Notes: generated from the sequence alone by a model not told the origin. Positions 1-7,764 are shown, numbered from the stretch's first letter. The stretch: DNA of 63,833 nucleotides from Candidatus Berkelbacteria bacterium (GCA_037143235.1 JBAWZC010000005.1:1-63833); one strand, 5' to 3'. Made by a program: numbers and translations.

Positions 1-48
1 CTATTGAGCATTTTGCTCAAAAAAAGTTCGAGCTTGAGCGAGAACACA

Positions 49-184
49 CCACCATAATGTATTTACTTGTTCGGAAGCCGCCTCGCGCGAGCCTTTGGCT
101 CGCGCTTCGGCTGGCAAATTGTAGAGTAAATTGTATTGTTTTTCAAAATTCATTTTCAACTTTCCGTCCAGTAAAATGCGGTTC
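49..184. repeat. IR-L: left copy of a 136-bp inverted repeat (reverse complement of 1700..1835)
   Basis: Direct comparison: 49..184 matches the reverse complement of 1700..1835, apart from the 3-nt palindrome centre and one other mismatch. The mirror ORFs 57..281(+) and 1510..1827(-) give near-identical peptides (MYLLVRKPPRAS...). It contains the perfect palindrome GCGCGAGCC-TTT-GGCTCGCGC at 85..105. Confidence 0.9.
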
Positions 185-254
185 CTGTGCGAAGCACAGA
201 AAGTATGAGGAAATCATACTTCAGAGCCGATGGTTTTATCGCCCTTCGGGCGAA

Positions 255-282
255 TTGGCAAGATTTCAATTGTCGGTATAAT
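255..282 (+). promoter_or_regulatory. Sigma70-like promoter of the recombinase gene (TTGGCA-16-TATAAT)
   Basis: TTGGCA at 255..260, a 16-nt spacer, TATAAT at 277..282. SD AAAGGAGGG at 312..320 precedes the ATG at 324. Confidence 0.5.
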
Positions 283-323
283 TTCAGAAAGCATTTAATA
301 GACAAAATATAAAAGGAGGGAAA

Positions 324-1904
324 ATGCTAAAATATTTCATCTATTGTAGGAAGTCGTCAGAAGACGAGGAACGACAAATTTTGTCTATTGAGGCCCAGCT
401 CCAAGAACTTCGAGATTATGCCAAACAAAACTCTCTTTTTGTAATCAAAGAATTTTTTGAAAGTCGAACGGCAAAGGAGCCGGGCCGACCTATATTTAAT
501 CAAATGCTTTCTGAGATAGAAAAAGGCAACGCTTCGGGAATTTTAGCATGGAATCCCGATCGTTTAGCTAGAAATAGTATTGATGGTGGAAAAGTAATTT
601 ATCTTGTAGATACTCAAAAAATTACTTCGCTAAAGTTCCCGACCTTTTGGTTTGACACCACGCCTCAAGGCAAATTTATGCTAAGCGTTGCCTTTGGCCA
701 AGCCAAATATTACACCGACAATTTAAGAGAAAACATTTTGCGTGGAATTAGGCAAAAGTTAAGGCGTGGAGAATTACCGGCAAAAGCTCCTCTCGGTTAT
801 TTTAATGAACCCCGACTAAGAACTATCGAATCAAACAAAACTACTTTTAGCAAAATGAAAAAGATATTGGAGCTTTTTGCCGAGGGCAACCACACCTTAA
901 CTCAAATAAGAGACAAAATGTTTTCTCTTGGCTTGGTTGGCAAAAATGGAGAACCTTTGCATTTATCCACAATAGGCAATATTTTAACCAATCCTTTTTA
1001 CTATGGAATGTTTTTATATCGTGGCGAACTAATGCAAGGTTCTCATAAGCCAATGATTTCCAAAAAACTTTTTGACAAAATTCAAATAGCAATTCACGAC
1101 AATGGCAAGCCCCGCAAAAACATAATCAAAAGAACTCCACTTTTTTACAACTTTGCTCGTTGTGGAGATTGCGGCTATATGATGACAGCAGAGAAGAAAC
1201 GCAAACCTTCAGGAAGAGAATATATTTATTATCGTTGCACCCACAAAAGTAAAGTAAAAAAGTGCAATCAACATAAGTTTTTGCGGGAGGAAAACTTGCA
1301 TGAGCAAATAATTGAACATTGTCAAAAAGTTTCTATTCCTGACGAGTGGAAGGATAAATATCTGGCGAAAGTTGAAGAATGGGAGAATAAACAAAACGAC
1401 TCGTCAGGAATTTTCGCTCAAAATCTTAAAGACAAACTAACTAAAGTAAAAGAGAGAATCAATCGGCTTATTGATTTACATTTAGACGGAGAAATTGAAC
1501 TTGACGAATTTAAACAAAAGAAAAACATCTTAGTTGAACAAAAAGCCGATTTGGAAAGTAAATTAAATGATTTTGAGCGAAAAGGAAATCATTGGCTCGA
1601 ACTCCTAAAATCTTGGATTTTAGATGCCAACCAAGCAGGAAATCTTGCCAATACAAAAAATTTCTTCGGAATGAAGAATTTTTTGAAAACCGTCGGCTCG
1701 AACCGCATTTTACTGGACGGAAATTTGAAAATGAATTTTGAAAAACAATACAATTTACTCTACAATTTGCCAGCCGAAGCGCGAGCCTTTGGCTCGCGCG
1801 AGGCGGCTTCCGAACAAGTAAATACATTATGGTGGAGGTGGAGGGAGTTGCACCCTCGTCCGAAAGGTCAAAAACATAAAATCTACAGGTTTATTCGCAA
1901 TTGA
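324..1904 (+). CDS. Large serine recombinase (resolvase catalytic domain, recombinase domain, zinc ribbon, coiled coil)
   Basis: N-terminus YCRKSSEDEERQILSIEAQ...LAWNPDRLARN is resolvase-like. A CGDCGYMM...YYRC zinc ribbon is followed by a long coiled coil. The last ~70 codons read through IR-R and then antisense into the tmRNA 3' end (WWRWRELHPRPKG...). Confidence 0.85.
   Translation: MLKYFIYCRKSSEDEERQILSIEAQLQELRDYAKQNSLFVIKEFFESRTAKEPGRPIFNQMLSEIEKGNASGILAWNPDRLARNSIDGGKVIYLVDTQKITSLKFPTFWFDTTPQGKFMLSVAFGQAKYYTDNLRENILRGIRQKLRRGELPAKAPLGYFNEPRLRTIESNKTTFSKMKKILELFAEGNHTLTQIRDKMFSLGLVGKNGEPLHLSTIGNILTNPFYYGMFLYRGELMQGSHKPMISKKLFDKIQIAIHDNGKPRKNIIKRTPLFYNFARCGDCGYMMTAEKKRKPSGREYIYYRCTHKSKVKKCNQHKFLREENLHEQIIEHCQKVSIPDEWKDKYLAKVEEWENKQNDSSGIFAQNLKDKLTKVKERINRLIDLHLDGEIELDEFKQKKNILVEQKADLESKLNDFERKGNHWLELLKSWILDANQAGNLANTKNFFGMKNFLKTVGSNRILLDGNLKMNFEKQYNLLYNLPAEARAFGSREAASEQVNTLWWRWRELHPRPKGQKHKIYRFIRN
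1700..1835. repeat. IR-R: right copy of the 136-bp inverted repeat
   Basis: Reverse complement of 49..184. It lies inside the 3' end of the recombinase ORF and includes the last 6 nt (CCACCA) of the tmRNA. Palindrome GCGCGAGCC-TTT-GGCTCGCGC at 1779..1799. Confidence 0.9.
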
Positions 1905-2214
1905 GTTTTTTCGGGTAATAGCTTACACGCGACCAACACACTATTACCTTATCCCTGGTAATTCTTAGCCCTGTGCCCCAAGAAAGAACACAAAACGCAT
2001 CTAAGATATGACGCTCCGATCTCTTCGCTTAGATCAAAGAGGGAACGGCTGCGGGTTTAGGCGACAGCTAGCGAGAAAGTAGGGGCTGCAAAAGCAGTCT
2101 TTACCTTCTCAAAAAGTGATTTTACACTTAGGATTTTGTCAGTTTTTAAAGTGACCAACGCACTTACCTGCAATATGTTTTCAAGGTTCCTTCCGTCGAA
2201 ACTGTATCACCCCC
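1830..2214 (-). ncRNA. ssrA: tmRNA (transfer-messenger RNA)
   Basis: The reverse complement starts GGGGGTGATACAGTTTCGACGG (E. coli: GGGGCUGAUUCUGGAUUCGACGG). It ends TTTCGGACGAGGGTGCAACTCCCTCCACCTCCACCA (E. coli: UUUCGGACGCGGGUUCAACUCCCGCCAGCUCCACCA). Acceptor stem GGGGGUG/CACCUCC has a G3:U pair. The candidate tag frame ends ...GCA GCC CCT ACT TTC TCG CTA GCT GTC GCC TAA (..AAPTFSLAVA*). Confidence 0.9.
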
Positions 2215-2373
2215 AGGTCAATCGAAGATTGACAATGATCAAATATCAAATATCAAATATCAATTATCAATTAATGTTTTAATTATCAATTTAACAATTA
2301 AAACGCTTGCTGGGAAAGACAAGTTCTAAAGCTATGTGATTATACGATTTATGAGAGAAGATGTCAACGATCG

Positions 2374-2628
2374 CTATGTTTTGGCTCTCTCGAAGAGTCT
2401 TAGAACATTTTCAAAAAAGTTGCCGATAACAGTATTTTCGTTGATCTGAAGATGAGACAATGAATAAACAATGATTGTTGCTAGGATGGCCGAGCCAACG
2501 AAGAAACCAAAACCATAAAAGATACCTCGCCAAAAATGCCATGATAGGCTGAGCTGTCTCTTTTCGTTTTTGTTCAACTGGTGGATGACTGAACGAAGTT
2601 CGCGCAGTTCATCCTGCATATCAAGCAT
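2374..2628 (-). CDS. Small membrane protein (DUF5665-like), function unknown
   Basis: 84-aa ORF with an N-terminal coiled region and a hydrophobic segment (FWRGIFYGFGFFVGSAILATIIVYSL). It diverges from the next gene. Confidence 0.5.
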   Translation of the reverse strand: MLDMQDELRELRSVIHQLNKNEKRQLSLSWHFWRGIFYGFGFFVGSAILATIIVYSLSHLQINENTVIGNFFENVLRLFERAKT

Positions 2629-2683
2629 AACCCCTCCAAAATTTGATAATACAATTATATCACAGAAGTGGTATGATTTGTCT

Positions 2684-3238
2684 ATGCATTATCAGCAAAT
2701 CATCATTATCTTTATGCTTGTGGTCATCGTCGGCGTTGCTTTGTGGCAACTAATGATGATCGTGACCAGCCTTTTTGGCCTCTACTTGATGTCGACAAAT
2801 AGGGGAGCGATCAGAGCCATTTTGTCAAACATTGATATCAGAAAGGGCCAGATCTTCCTCGATCTTGGTTGCGGCAATGCCCAAAACCTGATCGTCGCCA
2901 GCAAACAATTTGGTCTGCAGGGCATCGGGATAGAAATATTTTTTGTCCAATATCTGGTTGCAAAGTTGAATGTTTGGCTCTCTGGCGAGTCAAAGAATAT
3001 CCGAATCTATCTTGGTGACTTTCGTAATTTTTCGGAGTTAATCAAAAAAGCTGATATCATCTATCTTTACCAACGGCAGGTATTGCTCGAGAAGATCGAG
3101 TCAGAATTGTTTTGTCAGGCAAAAAAAGGCAGCGAAATTGTTTGCCTCTCTTCGTATTTCGTGGACCATCGCCCCGCAAAGTCATTTCGAGTCAGAAATG
3201 TTTACACTGACGCGAGTGTGAGAGTGTATAAAGTTTAA
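2684..3238 (+). CDS. Class I SAM-dependent methyltransferase with an N-terminal TM helix
   Basis: Motif I LDLGCGNAQNL. I moved the start to the ATG at 2684 (MHYQQIIIIFMLVV...) because the longer ORF overlaps the divergent gene. Confidence 0.6.
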   Translation: MHYQQIIIIFMLVVIVGVALWQLMMIVTSLFGLYLMSTNRGAIRAILSNIDIRKGQIFLDLGCGNAQNLIVASKQFGLQGIGIEIFFVQYLVAKLNVWLSGESKNIRIYLGDFRNFSELIKKADIIYLYQRQVLLEKIESELFCQAKKGSEIVCLSSYFVDHRPAKSFRVRNVYTDASVRVYKV

Positions 3239-3276
3239 AATTATCTGATGAATAATAGCATTCGGCTCCACTGTTT

Positions 3277-3503
3277 GTCATTCCTGCGAAGGCAGGAATC
3301 TAGTAATTATTTAGCATTCGGATATGTTCTCCTTGGCGCTTACGCGCCAACAGGATTCCCGCTCATCGAGTCTGAGTCTGAGGGCTCTTCCCTCAGAGTC
3401 GAATGACCTTCGCAGGAATGACAAAAAGAAAGAGGTGAGGAACGAACGACAGAATGTTCTGTCATTGCGAGGAGTCTGCGACGCGGCAATCTATCATTTA
3501 GTC
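3277..3503. repeat. Cluster of GTCATT-type palindromic mini-elements
   Basis: GTCATTCCTGCGAAGGCAGGAATCTAG at 3277..3303. GGATTCCCGCTCATCGAGTCTGAG...CTCAGAGTCGAATGACCTTCGCAGGAATGAC at 3353..3422. GTCATTGCGAGGAGTCTGCGACGCGGCAATCTATCATTTAGTC at 3461..3503 is identical to 43671..43713. Confidence 0.9.
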
Positions 3504-3614
3504 CTGCGGGGATGGCAAAAAGAAAGAGGTCTTGATACCCCTTCGCTCTGTTCGTAAAAACGCTTGACCCCACTTCGCTTCACTTTTGTGAAGCTACGAG
3601 GGGTCTGCGAGCTC

Positions 3615-3645
3615 TTGACAAAATGTAAAGTTTACTTTACATTTT
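3615..3645 (+). promoter_or_regulatory. Promoter (TTGACA-17-TACATT) overlapped by a 26-bp palindromic operator
   Basis: TTGACA at 3615..3620. AAAATGTAAAGT-TT-ACTTTACATTTT at 3620..3645 has perfect 12-bp arms. The putative -10 TACATT is at 3638..3643, and the ATG at 3650 has no SD, so the transcript may be leaderless. Confidence 0.55.
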
Positions 3646-3649
3646 AGTT

Positions 3650-4384
3650 ATGGAAAACATTGAATCACAAATCGAGAACCACCTTCGCGAGGTTAGAAAA
3701 CATCGCAAACTTAGCCAGGAAGACTTGGCTGATGCTTTGGGCATCTCTCGTCAATCAATCATCGCTCTCGAGCAGGGTCGCTCTATGCCATCTCTGCCGT
3801 TGGCTGTTTCGATGTGTAAATATTTCAATACTGCCTTCGAAGACCTTTTCGAATTTGAGCGCGAGATCGAGGAAGAGATTGAGCGATCGTTTTCCGATAA
3901 TAATATAAAAATTATTAATGAGCCGATCACAGGCTCGGGAAAGGAGAAAGAAATGTTGACAATTGAACCGTGGCGACCAATGCGCGAAGCTACATCGCTT
4001 CGAGATGCGATGGATCGTTTGTTTGAAGATAGCGTCATCACTCCGAGTAAATCAGTGGCGATGCCGAAGATCGATATTATGGAAAAAGGCGACCAGATCG
4101 TAGTCAAGGCTGAACTTCCTGGGATGAAAGAGGAAGACATCAGTGTCGAGATCAAAGACAATATTATGACTATTTCTGGCGAGAAGAAAGACGAAGTCGA
4201 GCAAAAGGAAAAAGGCTATTTCTATCGTGAAAGCCATTCTGGTGCTTTTGCCCGAAGTTTTCACTTACCTGCCGAAGTTGTAGCCAGCAAGGCTGACGCT
4301 GAAATGAAGGCTGGTGTTCTCATCATCTCTGTGCCAAAAGTTGAGGAAAAAAAGGCTCAAAAGATCGAGATCAAGAAGAAATAA
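3650..4384 (+). CDS. XRE-family HTH domain fused to an Hsp20/alpha-crystallin small heat-shock domain
   Basis: N-terminus LSQEDLADALGISRQSIIALEQGRSMPSL is a Cro/C1-type HTH. The C-terminus PKIDIMEKGDQIVVKAELPGMKEEDISVEIKDNIMTISGEKK...GAFARSFHLP...GVLIISVPK is an ACD/Hsp20 fold. An internal SD AAGGAG plus an in-frame ATG at 3953 sits at the domain junction. Confidence 0.8.
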   Translation: MENIESQIENHLREVRKHRKLSQEDLADALGISRQSIIALEQGRSMPSLPLAVSMCKYFNTAFEDLFEFEREIEEEIERSFSDNNIKIINEPITGSGKEKEMLTIEPWRPMREATSLRDAMDRLFEDSVITPSKSVAMPKIDIMEKGDQIVVKAELPGMKEEDISVEIKDNIMTISGEKKDEVEQKEKGYFYRESHSGAFARSFHLPAEVVASKADAEMKAGVLIISVPKVEEKKAQKIEIKKK

Positions 4385-4400
4385 GTTCAGTCTCGCAATC

Positions 4401-4439
4401 AAAAAATCCCCATTGTCTCCTGATTGTGGGGATTTTTTT
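4401..4439 (+). terminator. Rho-independent terminator after the HTH-Hsp20 gene
   Basis: AAAAAATCCCCA...TGGGGATTTTTTT hairpin followed by a T-run. Confidence 0.7.
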
Positions 4440-4905
4440 GTAGTTATACGCTTATGTCATTTCCGTCATCTCAATCCCAGATAGCCCTGCACTTTTGTCG
4501 TCTCGACTCCCCGTCCTGCCCGCATTGCTACGCAAAGCGTTGCAGGCGGGAGGGGGCGGAGAGATCTTTTGTGCTAAGAGATCCTTCGATAAACTCAGGA
4601 TGACACTGCGTGTCAGATTTCTCCACGGAGCCTGCCATGAGCGAAGCCGAATGGGGTCGAAATGACAACGGATAATGCCCAATCGCAATGACAATTTGGT
4701 CTGTCGTTTCTATTTTCCCCTCTGCCATTCCCGCCTCTCCTGTCATTCCTGCGTAGGCAGGAATCTAGTGACAATATTAATTTTAAGATACGGTTTGCTA
4801 CGCGCTTACGCTGTAATGGGATTCACGCCTGCGCGGGAATGACAAAATTAGCTTACAAGTCTTTGCACTTACGGGCTTAAACACTTAAACACTTAAACAC
4901 TGTCT
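4440..4905. repeat. Non-coding repeat hotspot (several palindromic element families plus an 8-bp tandem repeat)
   Basis: A 102-bp element at 4742..4843 has GTCATTCCTGCG...CGCGGGAATGAC termini. CCCCGTCCTGCCCGC...GCAGGCGGGAGGGGG palindrome lies at about 4510..4556. CTTAAACA x3 lies at 4876..4901. The only ORFs are repeat-derived. Confidence 0.85.
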
Positions 4906-4993
4906 ATCTTGCTAGCTTTCTCAACAGTTGACCTAGCACCACGAAAGATGATATTATCACCAAGGTGCCAAAATTATTATAGGAGGTACGGAA

Positions 4994-5176
4994 TTGGGAG
5001 TAATGTTTTCCGAGGAAATGTTTCCCGGTGAAAAAGTCCGAAAAATGGACGGCAGCGCTGCTGCTGTCTACAGCTTCCCCAAAGAGAGGAAGCGACAACC
5101 CAAGAAGGTTGAATTGCTAGAGTGCAATCAACCAATCACCGCCAGCGTGGAATCAATTATTGATTCTCGCGATTAG
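4994..5176 (+). CDS. Small hypothetical protein (60 aa, TTG start)
   Basis: AGGAGG at 4981..4986 lies 7 nt upstream of the TTG at 4994. A hairpin (GATGCCCGGC...GCTGGGCATC) follows at about 5186..5212. No recognisable domain. Confidence 0.35.
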   Translation: MGVMFSEEMFPGEKVRKMDGSAAAVYSFPKERKRQPKKVELLECNQPITASVESIIDSRD

Positions 5177-5242
5177 CGAACAAAGATGCCCGGCTGTTCA
5201 AGCTGGGCATCGCACTGCAAAATTATTATCCCTATATATATC

Positions 5243-5271
5243 AAAAAACCATTCGTAAAGAATGGTTTTTT
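5243..5271. terminator. Bidirectional hairpin terminator downstream of tRNA-Val
   Basis: AAAAAACCATTC-GTAAA-GAATGGTTTTTT. Confidence 0.7.
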
Positions 5272-5273
5272 GA

Positions 5274-5350
5274 TGGTGCGCCCAAGAGGACTCGAACCTC
5301 TGACCTCTACAATGTCAATGTAACGCTCTAACCAACTGAGCTATGGGCGC
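5274..5350 (-). tRNA. tRNA-Val (anticodon GAC), CCA encoded
   Basis: The reverse complement GCGCCCATAGCTCAGTTGGTTAGAGCGTTACATTGACATTGTAGAGGTCAGAGGTTCGAGTCCTCTTGGGCGCACCA folds as a cloverleaf. The anticodon loop is TTGACAT. Confidence 0.95.
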
Positions 5351-5598
5351 ATTTCATATTACTCGCTCCGGACAACAAGAAAATACTACCAAATTATCGT
5401 GATTTTATCAATCATTGGATTTCTGAAGAAATTATTCACTGTCTTATTAGTTAATATTACTTTCTGGAAAAAGCGGGTTTGTTTATCATATTTTTTGGGT
5501 TAGAATAAGGTTAACAAAACAAAAACAAACCACAACCCGAGCGCTTACTGGCGCTTTTTTATACTCGCGGGTGCGTGGAAGCTAATTAAGGAAGAAAT

Positions 5599-6024
5599 AT
5601 GAAACTAAAAGTTAAAAAACTTCATCCAGATGCCAAGGTGCCACAGTACATGATTGGCGGCGATGCTGGGCTTGATCTGTTTTCTGTCGAAGATGTTATT
5701 ATTAAGCCAGGGCAGCGTCACGCCGTCGCAACTGGACTGGCGCTAGAGTTGGAACCGGGTTTCGTTTCGCTGATCTGGGACAAGAGCGGCATCGCACTGA
5801 AAAAGGGGATTAAAACAATGGGTGGCGTGATCGAACACACTTATCGTGGTGAGTACAAAGTTATCATGGTCAATCTATCTGATCAGGAATATATCATTGC
5901 CAAAGGTGACAAGATCGCCCAGCTACTGATCCAACCGATCGTCACGGCTGAGATAACGGAGATGGAAGAATTGAGCGATACAGCTCGAGGATCCGGTGGT
6001 TTTGGGTCAGGGGGAGTGCGCTAG
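5599..6024 (+). CDS. dut: dUTP diphosphatase
   Basis: Trimeric dUTPase motifs: GDAGLDL, a GERIAQL-like KGDKIAQLL, and a C-terminal RGSGGFGSGG. Confidence 0.9.
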   Translation: MKLKVKKLHPDAKVPQYMIGGDAGLDLFSVEDVIIKPGQRHAVATGLALELEPGFVSLIWDKSGIALKKGIKTMGGVIEHTYRGEYKVIMVNLSDQEYIIAKGDKIAQLLIQPIVTAEITEMEELSDTARGSGGFGSGGVR

Positions 6025-6121
6025 CATAAGTCAGGTTCTGGAAATGGAAATCATATTAGCATTATTAGGGAAATATAGTCATTAGCTAATTTTTTGGTCA
6101 AGGAGTGGGAGAAAGAAATCA

Positions 6122-6760
6122 ATGTTGGAAAAAGACAATCAAAATTCATCTAAGCAAGGAAGGATTTCGTGGGACGAATTTTTTATGCGTATGGCCGTTA
6201 CTGCGGCGTCAAGAACTGCTTGTTTGTTGGTTAAGGCCGGTTCTGTTTTTGTAGACGAAGATCACAGAGTTGTTTCAATTGGTTATAATGGCCCGACTGC
6301 TGGTGACTACCATTGTAACGAAGTCGGTTGTGCTAAAATACATGGCGATCCAGTTACGGGAGAGCTCCAGCGTTGTCGTGGTGCCCACGGTGAAATGAAT
6401 GCGATTGTAAACAGTGGCAATACAGAAAGACTCAAAAATTCGACTCTTTATGTAACAGCTTTTCCCTGTTGGGATTGCATGAAAGTTCTAAATAATTTGG
6501 GCGTAAGAAGAATTGTTTATTTGCAAGACTACGCTCGAACTATCGAGGGTAGCAAAGGAGAAGTCAAAGTGATTGAAGACGAGGCCAGAGAATTGGCCGG
6601 CCGTCGTGGTATTGCGATCGAAAAATTTCGCGGGAACTTGGGTGGTCTGACTATTTTTCAAGAAGACAAAGAGGTAATCAGGCAGATGTTCCAGCGACCC
6701 GGCAAGGATCACGAGGTCAAGGATGGCACAAAGAAATCAGCCAAGTTAATCAAGAAATAA
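6122..6760 (+). CDS. Deoxycytidylate (dCMP) deaminase, ComEB-like, with a C-terminal extension
   Basis: Zinc-deaminase motifs H(G)EMNAI and PCWDC. It sits between dut and thyA. Confidence 0.8.
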   Translation: MLEKDNQNSSKQGRISWDEFFMRMAVTAASRTACLLVKAGSVFVDEDHRVVSIGYNGPTAGDYHCNEVGCAKIHGDPVTGELQRCRGAHGEMNAIVNSGNTERLKNSTLYVTAFPCWDCMKVLNNLGVRRIVYLQDYARTIEGSKGEVKVIEDEARELAGRRGIAIEKFRGNLGGLTIFQEDKEVIRQMFQRPGKDHEVKDGTKKSAKLIKK

Positions 6761-6778
6761 TAATATCACAGGAGTTAT

Positions 6779-7756
6779 ATGGCAAAAGATAACAATCATC
6801 CCGAGTACCAATATTTAAATCTACTTCAGGATATATTGGACAACGGGATTAAAAATGTTGACCGAGGAACTGGGGCAGTATCATATGGAGTGTTTGGTAG
6901 ACAATCTCGCTATGATTTATCAAAAGGTTTCCCTCTTTTGACTACTAAAAAAACCTACTGGAAGGGCGTACTTCAAGAACTTTATTGGTTTTTGTCTGGC
7001 AAAACGAACATAAAATATTTGGTAGATAACGGTGTACATATCTGGGATGACTATCCATATAAGATATATAATTCAAATATGGAAAAATCTGGTGGGCCAA
7101 CTTTGTCAAAAGAAGAATTTATACAGATTTTGTCCGAAAGTGATACTTTCGCTGAAAAATATGGCAATTTGCCCAAGTGCTACGGGGAGATGTGGCGACG
7201 GTGGCCTACCAGGACCGAAGGTCGTACAATTGATCAACTGCGTTGGGTGGTGAACGAGATCAAAGATGATCCAGACGCCAGAAATCTAATAGTGAATTCC
7301 TGGAATCCAGAGTATCTCTATACTATGGCGACAAATGAAGACGCAAGCCGTTTTCCTATCTGTCACAATATGTATCAAATCAGTATCAAAGATAATAAAC
7401 TAAGCCTGCATCTTTATCAGCGTAGTTGCGATGTATTCCTTGGTGTGCCATTTAATATAGCGAGCTACGCATTATTGGCTCACATTTTGGCCAAAGCAAC
7501 CGGATACGAAGTAGGTGATTTTATCCATACTTACGGTGATGTTCATATCTATGAAAATCATCTCGAACAAGTAAAGGAGCAGTTGACCAGAAAACCCAAG
7601 AAATTGCCAACATTAAAAATATCAAGCAAGGTTAAGGACATCGATGACTTTCTTCCCGAGCACGCTGTTTTGGAAAACTACGAATCATGGCCGATACTGC
7701 GAGGTGAATTAACGGTTGCTGGTGGTCTTTACGAAAAGAAAGACAAAAATAAGTAG
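6779..7756 (+). CDS. thyA: Thymidylate synthase (ThyA, long form with a small-domain insert)
   Basis: FPLLTTKK, ICHNMYQ (catalytic Cys), YQRSCDVFLGVPFNIASYALL and GDVHIYENH align well with E. coli ThyA. Confidence 0.93.
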   Translation: MAKDNNHPEYQYLNLLQDILDNGIKNVDRGTGAVSYGVFGRQSRYDLSKGFPLLTTKKTYWKGVLQELYWFLSGKTNIKYLVDNGVHIWDDYPYKIYNSNMEKSGGPTLSKEEFIQILSESDTFAEKYGNLPKCYGEMWRRWPTRTEGRTIDQLRWVVNEIKDDPDARNLIVNSWNPEYLYTMATNEDASRFPICHNMYQISIKDNKLSLHLYQRSCDVFLGVPFNIASYALLAHILAKATGYEVGDFIHTYGDVHIYENHLEQVKEQLTRKPKKLPTLKISSKVKDIDDFLPEHAVLENYESWPILRGELTVAGGLYEKKDKNK

Positions 7757-7764
7757 GGAGAGCA

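Noticed and set aside
57-281. ORFs 57..281(+) and 1510..1827(-), which encode near-identical MYLLVRKPPRAS... peptides
   Set aside because: They are mirror-image translations of the two copies of the 136-bp inverted repeat. There is no SD, and the second lies antisense inside the recombinase gene. They are evidence for the repeat, not genes.
1905-2214. The non-coding stretch after the recombinase as an att scar, riboswitch or pseudogene remnant
   Set aside because: It is resolved as the body of the tmRNA gene on the minus strand. The 5' and 3' ends both match ssrA.
3324-3573. ORFs running through the repeat hotspots: 3324..3557, 3340..3573, 4452..4746, 40984..41472, 43669..44084, 61046..61280 and 62455..62664
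   Set aside because: Their sequences are dominated by translations of the GTCATT palindromes (for example VIPAQAGIH, SLRGVCDAAIYHLV). They occur on both strands of the same DNA and lack SD sequences. They are repeat artefacts.
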